A stretch of DNA of 64,000 nucleotides. It comes from Paragordius varius. Its lineage: Eukaryota; Animalia; Nematomorpha. Below are positions 34,909-46,900 of the stretch, one piece after another. Each line of letters begins with the position of its first letter. Position 1 is the first letter of the stretch. A program made the translations under genes and the position numbers. The notes beneath the pieces are model-generated. The model searched no databases, was not told where the DNA came from, and was given only the letters and a program-made list of their open reading frames with translations. Location of the stretch: the NCBI GenBank assembly GCA_964247055.1, contig OZ176053.1:10726001-10790000 (forward strand), in the 5' to 3' direction.

Positions 34909-37900
34909 TCAATTTTTTGTACAGTTATAGGCGGTGGTAAAGGCTGGATGATGTTCCTTGAGTATATTATTCATTCTAAATAGCAAACAAATAATAAATA
35001 AAATAGGTAATTATTGTCATTAATAGTGATATATACAAAATTTAATTGTTTTACACAAGAGATATTGAGGCTTTTCCTTGGGTCATTTCATATTTCTGCA
35101 TATCTTCAGTCTCTATGGAACACATTGACTAAAAAATTAAATAACAGTTTTTCCATTAGTTATCCGATTACTGAAAAGATAGTATATAAAAGCGTTTTTC
35201 AATCAGTGACCAAATATGACATTATGAATCACAATTCAAGCATAAAATGTGGAAATATACCTTAGCCCAAGTCAGATAAAACAATTTGGTATCTTTTTTG
35301 TTTTCCTTGGTATACACCTAGAATCAATAATTACACATTAGATATAAATATAATGTTTATAAAAACCAGAAACTCAAAAATGGATTTAGTAAATTTCCCA
35401 AAATGACTTCCTCCTAAGACTCACAAACAAAGCCGGTTTAAAATTGTACTGAAATTATAGAGATCTATACTCTTTTGATAAAATCTACGAAACAGATTAA
35501 AGATTTAAATATAAAAAAAACTCCATTTCTAGAGATATAAACATTAGAAATAAACTTTAAAGACTTAAATGTCCTACTAATCAAATTTAGACGCAAATTA
35601 AAAAATGTACGATTCCACCATCTTTTGGTAAAATGTGAGTATAATGTACAACTTTTGATGTCATTTTCTGAATCTATATGTGCATTTATATTTTAAGTTG
35701 CAATCATATAACCGACTTCGTTATTGTTTAAAGTAAAAAGAGCCAACACCAATTTAATATTTATTAAAAGACTTATTATAATTATCAAGCTATGCCCTTA
35801 TAGATAAAAACCACAAATCATTTACCAATCATATCATGACCCCCGTTTATTAAGAATGATTTTTTTGAGTACGAATCAGGCTTTTATGCAATATCATGCA
35901 ATATTTAATTTTTTATAATCCATCATAACAAATAAAATTAAAATAATCACAAATATATATTTTTTTAATAAAGTAATCAACATATAAGTTAGGTGAAGTG
36001 TAAATATTATCGTCATAGAAAATCAACCGCAAACATTCAATATGCACAAAAAAATCATGCTCTAATCAATAACCCCAGCAAATCTGGTATTGTAAAATAC
36101 GATAAAGATGAATACATAAGATAAACTGGAGCGATACAAATTATTTAACTTAAATTAGAAGTTATCCATACCTTGTAGGCTATTTTAAGGCTCAAGTCTA
36201 TGGCATCGATATATGGCAAGGCTGGATTATATATGGAGTGTTTACTCTAAAATTCAAATGATATGAAACCATTGGATTTTTCGTTACAGTATAATTCAGA
36301 TTTTTGATAAACATTGATATGTTTTCAATGACATCAAAATAGCTTTTCACTATAAAAAAGTGTATAATTTTATATAATTGAGCTATGCGATATATGCTTT
36401 TCAGGATAAATGTAAATAAATCCTGGCTAATGAATTTTTTAAATCGGATAAATATTAGAAATAAAAAATATTTATCATTATTACCTCAAAATGTCAGATA
36501 ACTTACATTTTGTCATATAAAATACGAGTGGAAATATCGTGTGAAATCCAAATCCACCAAAATTGATTGCCGAACTATAAATTATACGAATAATAATTTA
36601 ATATGCAATAGACGGTTGATTAAATCGAAAATGGGCTTTAAAAACGTGTGCAAATTTAAGGTCAAAATTTATCTTGTATGTCGGTATTTTTGTAAAAAAA
36701 TACTTCATAGTTTTCGAATCCAATAAAATTTGGGGATCACGTTACATATGCGGAAAATAAACCGAAAAATGGTAAACTTAGAGGTTTCACTCGATTGTTT
36801 TGTGTATGATATGGTGGATAGTGAGATACGGCATTTTCAAGTACTCACAAATATGTTTGTTAAATAATGGCATCAATGACTGATTACACAAGAACAAATG
36901 TATTAAGTAATGAATGTTACGGAATTCCAAGAAGTTCAACTATGCATCCGCAATAGTTTGAAAACTATCTTTTTGCAATGCCGATCCGATTTAGCAATGA
37001 TATACCAAGTGCGGTAACTTTTAAATGTAATTAATACCCACCGAATTTTGAATCTTTATTGTGCATTACAGGAAAAACATCGCGGCATAAATGCACGATC
37101 ATCGACAGGAGAGCAGTGCCTAGCTCAACCGAAGCTTCACCCACCGTTTAATGTTAAAAAAATAGATCGATTTACTGACGCAGAAAATGTCATGCGGCCT
37201 TCCAATATTTGTCCAAAATTATGAAGTAATAATGAATAAGAAATTATTTTAAATCATGAAATAAGAGTTACATACTTATAACATTCTTAAATATATAAAT
37301 TATCTGTCTTATCAAGATGAAATGACGCATTATGCAGGATTGGACACATTAATATTCCAAATAAATAAAATTGGAAAGTGATTCAATCCAAACAATGATG
37401 TTGATTGGGCGATTGAATGTTGAAGTATTCTGTTAAAGCTTTATCCCTACAATTTGGCTGTTAGAGATGCAGAAGGTTTAAGAGTAAAAAGCTAACTCCT
37501 TATATATTAGGGTTAGCACAATGATTGGTTACCCTAGATTTCATAAAAACGTTAGAGTCGTGGATAGTTGCAGAAAACAGGCCAAGCCCTGTTGAAAATC
37601 CAATTTCGATATAATGAAAATATAGGTTTTTTATATTTCGCACTCAATTGCATATGCTTTCGCACGATCGCAGTTTATTTATTTAAAAAACCTAGCAACA
37701 TTAACGAAGTATATGGCTTGTGTTTTGATCCTAGAAATGTTAATAAAAAATATGAGCAATATTATTTTCCCAAAAAATGTAATAATATTATTACATTCAG
37801 TTTCATTTTATGGCTTTATTATTTAACATACCTATGAATTGTCATTTTTTGGCTGTAGAAATATGGATAATTCAAGTGAGCTTAATAAAGCACATAAGAC

Positions 37901-40900
37901 TACGGTAATCTTGATATCTTTGCCGATTTAAAAATCTTTGCAAAATTTAACCATATATATGTGTCAAAGTTTTAAGTTAAATATTGCATGCTCGTTTGAC
38001 GCGATCAGTTATCGCATTTTTTACGCTGTATGCTAACTATTTTTTGTAGAAAAGCCCATTATTAAATTTATCACACTTATCGCAAATATTGTATAGTATA
38101 CCTTGGGATATTATAGTTGTAAAAGTTTGTTAGCATTCCAGGGAAAATTGCTAAAATTATTAAAATCATGTACTAAGTCTATTGCCAACTAATTGAGTTG
38201 AAACCCAAGGTCTTTCTTCCCCAATGCTAAATTATTATAGATCAAAAAATAGGAGTTACATATAACATTCTATTAAAATTATATAAAACAAATTTGACTC
38301 CTTTAAAAATTATATTTAACAATAATCACTCTCCAGATTTATATACACTGTGGATGTGAAAAAACATTTTTTCTGTATGATTATTAAGAACCCAATTAAC
38401 GCTTTAAATAATTTAACGTAAATTTCAGCCAACACAAAATTTTTAAACCCTTTTCCTTGATTTCTAAAGCATTAAAAATTTCCCTAAATGAATCTTGTGC
38501 GTTTTTCAGGTTAAATTTGTAAATTAATAAAAGTTTTATCACCAAAATGTTTAAGGGTGTTTCAAAATGTTGGAGGGTTTTTAATAATTATGATATGATA
38601 GTATAAAGTGTCAATTTTTTAAACATGGGCTATAAAAATGCAGGCTTCTAGTTTTAAATTTTACCACATATTAATAATCAGCTGTTTAAAAATGATCCTG
38701 CATTTCCCGCTTTTATGATAAGGCACCTCAAAATTCCGAAACCCATCATAGTAATTAATAAAGATTCGTTTATTACCACAGAAAAATTATTTTGTAAAAG
38801 TTGTGAGATTTTCATAATATATCAGAATGGTCAAAAATAATGGGCTGATTTTATCTGAAAACTTACAAAAAATTTATAGTTGCTTGTTTAATATCGTTGA
38901 ACTTTTTGGTTGATTGAATTTTTCAGGTTTATAATTCGCAAAAAACAGTTGTCGGGAGTATCAGAACAAATTTATAATCTAGACAGGGATGTGCAACACG
39001 CAGCCCGCGAAAATTTTGAAATCCATTATTTATGCTGACAAAATCTTTTTAAAATTGATATCCCTTATGTTTTAATAATCTTCTATCCAGTTGATATGAA
39101 CTAGAAAATATTGCTTTATTGTTTTTGCGTTTTACAGTCATATGTTTGAAATCTAATAAAATATTTATAAATGCCCATATGAATACAAATGCGACCCATC
39201 TAAAAATGCGGACCTCGAAGCCATATCTTTTGAACAATTCTGAAGAGTAAAAGTATCTATCTATATTGTACTATTTGATTGTGTGTAATATCCTAAAAGA
39301 ATATCTTTAAACATCTCGTGCTTATTAATTATTAATACCCAATAAACCAAATGTGAAATGATTATAGGAGCATAAATGACGCATTTAAAGTAAACATGAA
39401 AGAAAACTTACTATGACAGCAACCCGGCTTCTAAATTTAACGGTATTCAAAAGTTTTGCATCATTTGGAATTTCCGCAATTTTAGAATATTATCGAATAA
39501 ATCATGGGTGAAATTGAGCTAAATATAGGATACCACACAGTAAATTATGGATAAAGCTAAAAAGTTTCGCTTTTACTGCTTACTTAAACATATAATTTTT
39601 CAACTTCAAATTTCTAAAGTAAAATTAATATTTGATATTTAAATTGTAAATTACACAATGAAACATTTCAATTTCGTTTGGATGAAACAAATCACAATTG
39701 AGGTAACATATTTATTTTAGGTTCTATTTTTTTAGGCTTTATCACTTGTTTTTATGTCAAGTTTTTTATATTAACTAAATTTTTAAAATTAGATTTTATT
39801 GATATTTAATGACTTGATAATATAAAAAAGAAGCAATTATTGGACCTGAATCGGGAATTTGTTTCCTACATACATGATTTCGTTTTATGGCAAATATGAA
39901 ATGTTGTGAAATTTAATGTTTAAAGGTAAATTTTTCTGGGTTAAACTGAAAAATGGAATTTAATTTCATTTTTTCGGCCTAAAGTTATAAAATTTTGTAT
40001 TAAATATTTAGGTGCATATTTAAAAGGCACAAAAATGTTTTTTACCACGTTATATAAACAATTATACTTGTCGAAAATCCTGATAATATATATCGAATTG
40101 CTTGTCCGATATACCTTTCAAAACGGACACTTTGGTTTTGTTAATCTATTCTCGGGAAAACCTTTTTATGACTAAAGATTACTTGGTTAATTAAATTATA
40201 TTTTATGGAGATATTGTGAAACCAATTGGAATTCGTTAGTTCACGTATCAGTTCAAGTTTTAATCTACTGGTTATATTGGTGGCCTTATATTTAAATAAA
40301 AATATAAATCACCTCTAAATATATATGCGACTTTTCTTTAAATACGTAATTAAAGTATTCGGTGAGCAAATATTTTTCAAAAATGGGGATTGTATCTGTT
40401 AAACATTGATACATGGGATCCAAATCCTGATAACCTGCATTTAAATCATTGTAAGTTCGCATAAACGATCGTTTTAACTGTTTATACTTGTCCGACAAGT
40501 GCCAAATAAGTCGATCTGCCATGTAAACTACCATGTACCTGTAAAAAGTTCTAAAAAAAACAAAAAACTCTATATGTTGTATAGTTTAATTTGTTTTATC
40601 ACCATTATTACTCGTTGATAACACTAGTCGACAAATTTGGACATTTTTAAGCACCACCACTCAAACTTTTTAAATTATGACTAATTTCAGTGTTTTAAAA
40701 CCGAATTTGAAAAAATTTTTGATCCCGCCAATCAGAATTTTGAAATTTTATAGGTTTTTCAATTTTTCAAAAACAAGAGAAAATCGAGAGAAAATTAAAT
40801 ATAACTTTATAATAAAATGTTATTATATTATAAACTTAATATTATTTAATAAAGCGTTTTAATCTCTATCTTTTGAATATAAATATGTCATTTAAATATC

Positions 40901-43900
40901 AGAGAAAAAAAAATAGTACGGACTTAAACGTCAAAATTTAGTCTTTTTCTTTCAAGTGAATTTTTAACACATATAAATTTTTTTTAAAAAAATACTAAAA
41001 AAGGCATTCTATGGTTTAAACCTTCGGCTTTCAGATAGGCTATATTTTTTTTGTTAGATTTCGTTCTTTCGAATACTTATTAGACTTTTTCTCTTGAGTT
41101 GGTTCTTATAAAAAATCTTTTATTTATACCTAGTGGATATACCTTATTTTTTAAAAATTATTGGTTGTTTTGTATTTTGAATTTCAGATGGATGTTGTGT
41201 AGCCACTTTTAGTAGAATTTACTGTTATGGGGTTGGACCATTTGTATTTACCTAATTTATATTCAATTTTGTAGAATTTATCTAACTTTATTCTGTGAAT
41301 TGGTTAATTTGACATGTCAATTTGCATGGATTTTGCTTGAAAGTCTCTCTTATCAGGCTCTACGATTACTTATTGTTATCTTTGCCATATCTGGCATAAT
41401 TATAGGATCGCTTGGGGGATTTGCAGAGCTTGTGCAGCCGCCCGGATCTATCACACTATACATAAGCCCCTTTTAGATTTTTAATACTTTGGCTCTTAGC
41501 TTGTTTAGTATCTTATTTAATGCCTAGAATTTGTTATCCATGCATGGAATATTACTTGTATCGACTTGCTTGTTTGAATATTTAAACATATGTTCACGAG
41601 GAATGATTGTTATTTTTGGTTTAAATACAAATTTAAAAATTAAATTTTGGAAAAATCCTATTGGTGGCCTCAATTTTCTTTTTTGTTTTGGCCTTTCCAT
41701 GCCATTAGGTATCAGAAAATGCAAAAATAATGGGGTGGTGCAAAACCTTGTTGAGCAGTGTAAGTAAATAAAATTTAATCATCAAACGTTTAAAAAACTT
41801 ATTAACACAAATTAAGTAAAGTTACTTTTGACTTGAAAGTTGTTATTAAAAACAAATATGTAGAGGAGATTGCTTTCAACCCCATTATTTTTTTAATAAC
41901 TAGTCTTTCATTGAGCAATGTAACGATTTATAAATATACAAAATTTAAGACATTAGAGTAATAAATTTTTAAATTAAAAGACATGCTAAAATAAACTTAA
42001 AATAAATAACTATACTTGTGATCATTACTACTGGATAATAATATGGACATTTGGTTTAAAAGTTGGTGTAACCATTTTGGTTTCACAATAAATTGTGTTT
42101 GATTTAGATTTTTCATATCCAAGCCGACCTCTATCATCCGTTTTTTCAGTATTTTTCTCCAATCAAACTGTAAATTAATCCATTTTTTACCAATGCACCA
42201 TAGTGCAATTGCATATACTCTACGCTAAAATTTTTATATTTTTGTTGCATTGCATCCCTCGTAATCTAATTAAAGGAATACATATTGAAAAAGATAAACA
42301 ATATTTATTTAAAATAGGGATATAAATGTATTAAAATTGCAGAATGCAGGATCAGTAAGGTAATCTATTTATAATCTTTACTGTAACTAAAATTGTAAAA
42401 ATAATCACACCTATTAAAAAAATTACACAAAATTTTGTTGAAAATTCAACATTAACTATAAATCTCAACCTAGGATATGTAATTTTATGCCAAAAATTAA
42501 TACACTGGTATAATAACATTTGTGATGTCATTACTTACATTTATTAGATTAATGTACCAGGTGTCCTAAATTATTATCAGTTTAATTAAGAAGACGTCAG
42601 CGGAAAGTACACAGACGATTAATATAATACACACCCCATTTTGTTTATCCGACATTAAACGGCAAATACACACAAGTTGAGTTCACCGAAAACTAGCGTT
42701 TTATTTTATCCTTCAGTAATGACGAAAATTGTGACTGAAAAAGAACGCGGGCACGCCTTGCCGTCGGAAGAAAAAGGGTGTTGAAAGTTATCGTGATGGC
42801 AGAAACATATGGTAAACATGCTTTATCGATTAAGGGTTTTATATGAAAGCGTGTGGATGCTCTGGTAAACCATACAACTGCCAACACGTTAAAAGTGCAC
42901 TCAAAATAAAAATAGTTGGCACATTCCCTACATGTATCACAAACAATAATAGGTGTATAGAAGCAATGATAAAGATCGAAATCGGTCATCGGGTCCCACA
43001 CATTTTGAATAAACCTTCAAATCAAAAACCGCAAAGCGACTTGTATCCCGCTTCAACGTCGCGAAAAAAATTTATCGGGTGATGAGAAATGGCTTTATTT
43101 CGCAAATCCAAAGAAGAAATATCATGGTTCACTTCATCAACCCGGCTCTTCCACACCAATGCCAAATCAGTTGGCAAGTAGACGGTGCTCTAGGTATGCT
43201 GGGACCATTGCGATATTTTGTATTCTGAACTTCCAAAACTTGATGCCATTAATACACAACTCTTCAACAAATTATCAATTTTAACCATACATTAATCAAA
43301 AAACGAACGAAATGGGCCAAATAGGTAAAGTATTTGCTAGATAACAATGCTCCGTCTCACATAGCAAAGCTATTAAAAGACACCTTTAAAACGCTTTGAT
43401 GAAATTTCTTTCGCCGCTGAACTCTCCTGTCCTGGCGCCATCTGAATGATATTATTATCAATGGGTCACAAGATGGCAGATCAGAACTTCTGTGTCGAAA
43501 ACGTTTCGGAAACTTTAGAAAAAGGACGAATAGTTTTTTGCAAGAGACAATCTATTTTTGTTACATATTTCATATATTACCTGAGAGATGGCCACAATCT
43601 GTAAAAGCCGATGTCAATTTTTAGTAAAATAAATAATATTTCCACTCAAACTACATGTTTTTTCACCAAAAAAAGTGATTTTAAACACCTAGTATCTACT
43701 ATTTATAAAAATAATGTATTGATACCTCTGCTAATTCTTTATCAAGAATGTAAATTCGTTGAAAATCTATAGATTCTCCACCTAATGTTTCTATCAAAGA
43801 GTGAAGGTATAGAGCGTAATTTATCATCGTTTTAGAAGCGTTTTTTGTTTCATATAAATACGGATTTTGGGCCAAAATTTGGCCAGGATATATTTTTAAA

Positions 43901-46900
43901 GACGTACGTTCAGGTGTCATAATAACTATAGATATCCGGAAGAACATTTCCATACCATATTCCCATTGTAGTTCTTCGAACATATCTATAAGCATCAGTT
44001 TTTACATAGTATTTAAATAACATTTTATGTTGTTACAGTCCACAAACCATGATTGAAACATTATAAAAAATGTATATTTATAGAAAAAACGATTCATGTA
44101 TCGATGAAATTTTTATATTTAGCAAATTTACATGCCATATAACGTCTATTAGTTAAAAATAATTTAATTGAACATATTTTCTAAATTAAATATTTTGGCA
44201 AAATAACAACTATTGCAAAGTTTTGTGAGCTCATTATTATAGTATTAACAAATGCGTCGCACGGTGCACATGTCTTCAATCGATGCGACAGAGCTACAAA
44301 AAAACTTATATCGCCATTTATCCAAAAAAAATGGTTCAATATAAAAGGATGCTATTTATTTTTAATTAACATTTACCACTTTATCAGGAAAAACAATGAT
44401 ATTCCCCGCTAACAATAAAATAAAAATGTAGAAATTACATCTACATTCGTGCCGACAAAGAGAGTTAAATCAAAGTTATGGCCATCTGATGATTGTACAT
44501 AAATATTTCAATTGAAAACGGTAAATTTAAATATTTCAAAGTTTTGTAAATTTTATATCTATTGTTGTGGGCTTTGAGTGAGTGTTAGAATTAATAGGAT
44601 CTTTTATCAGATAAATGTAAATATATTTTTGCAGCTTTATCGCGTTAAATCAAGTAATAAACGGTAAATTAATTGTGAGTTACCCCAAACAAGAAATCGC
44701 ATTTAAAATAAATTGTTAAATATTCCGCTTCATACGACCATATTTTAATAACTCTATAGTTTGCTCCTTTTTTGAGATAAATTGTTTTTTTTATGAAATT
44801 CCTAAATTATAAGACACCATAGGAGAATTGATTAAATTTTATTATTTATTTATATATTTCACCACAACGCTTAAACAAACGTCTAATATAGGAAGAAATC
44901 TTTATCAATGTACGATTTTAGAAGTCACAGAAAGAGTCCTTTAAAATTTATAATAAATTTTTTTAGATTAGCGTAAAGTATACTTAAAAGAAATGTCCTA
45001 TTTTCTATCGCATAATCATCAATGTCCCATCCACCAAATCTGTCTATGAGAGCAGTTAATGGGTGAAGGCCATTCTTTTCTCGTGTCGGGAAATCCATAC
45101 ATGAATTCATATAAGTTTTGACAATGGTCATGATTTCCTGTTTTTTCGATTCAGTAGCTATTTTTTTGTAAAATTTTATTTTAAACATAAGATATATTTA
45201 TTTTTTTTTCATAATTCAAACAACAAAAATTAATTTATCGCAATAAAAAAATATGAGATTATAAATTTTTCGTTTTATCTCAAGGATTTTATCAAAACAA
45301 AGAGAATCCTAGGAAGCAAATTAAATCATAATTATGACAGATAGTTTTAAGGTAACATTCTAAAAATATTAGTTAATATACTCTTATATTAATCAAAAAA
45401 TTATGTACATAGCTGTTCAAAATATGGACTAACACAAAGAGCTCTGAACGTTGCGTTAAAAAATAAGAAGGAATTGTTACGAAGAATTTATAGGCTTTGT
45501 AAGGCTAATGTGCATTTTTTAAGATTTATTGTTACTAGTGGACGCTTACAATTATTTTCAACCAAAAATATTCTATCAAGAGGTTCTTACAGGAGCCACA
45601 ATGGCTCAAATAATCTATTTTTTGTACCATAAAGAGAAAGTATTATTTGTTTTAATACATTTAATAACCATGATAAAAAGGAAGATCGCATATAGTTTAA
45701 GATATATTATGTAAAATATTCACCCACAACTATAAAAAATCCAAAATAAAATAAGCAATATGTCCCAAAAAAGGCAACATTTAACGTTTAATATTAATCA
45801 TTTTATACACCATACTTTTGCTAACAGCACGGTGATATATCCTAGGCGTTCTTTAATCCAAATTTGCATTTCTAAATTTTTTGGTTAAAAACACTTCCAA
45901 TCTAAGAAAAATTATTCACTTGTGTGCAATGATAATCGGCGAAAAAAGACAAACTCAATTATGACGAAATGTCATCAAAATGCACACTTGGACTGCGATC
46001 TTATCATATTTAAAAATTACTTTTAACAGAAAACCAATGGTAAAAACATTACTTTAAAAAAAATTAAAGGCTGAATCTAGTTCGGTCCTTTAATTCACTA
46101 AAATAAGATATTTTTAAAATTATATATTTTTATGGTATGCATGTATCAGATTGTCCCATACAGTGATTCCTGCTTTTAAACGCGCTTCGTTGGGTGCCTA
46201 TAATAGGGGAAGCGTTAAAAATACTATACATTCTTAGTCTACTAGAACCATTACCCCGAAACCATTTAGTGTTTTTACCTTTACAGTCAAAAAAGTTAAA
46301 GAATTGTAATTTTGCTAACATGTTTAATTTAAATCAAGTTAAATGAGAGGTTTATACATATAATATTATTAAAATGGACTGAACCGTTTTTAACACTTCG
46401 ATTCAAATTGGGGTATCCAAATACCCCAGACTAAATTTAAGTTAGAATTTCTAAAAGACTACTGAAGGAAACGGTCCCAATTTAAATATATGCTTCTATC
46501 CTTATAAAAATTATATAAATATGCCAAAATATCTAAATAAAATTTTATTTTGAAAAAAAGTTTCATGTCAAACTACTTCGACGCCATTTTTATTTTACAA
46601 AATTTTTGCAAAATATCGTCTTCATTTAATTTTAAGGGTAAAATTAAAGCTAATTTATTATTTAATTTCCATCTAACTTTGATAGAAATAGAAAAAGCGG
46701 TATATTATGAATTATTTTTTATTTTATCATTGCACACGTGTCACGTTGACTAAGTTTTTACCTTTTGTTTTAGCTTAAAATAAGTGATATCAAGTATTAT
46801 TGAATAATTTTTTTTATATATTTCGGTTTAATAATGTTATAAGTTCAAAATTTTGCCATGATTTCGATTCCTTCCATATTTTTTGAAGAATTTGATTTTA

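Noticed and set aside
41524-41767. ORF-track proteins at 41524-41767, 42693-43082 and 48547-48798
   Set aside because: They are incidental frames within decayed Tc1/mariner elements.
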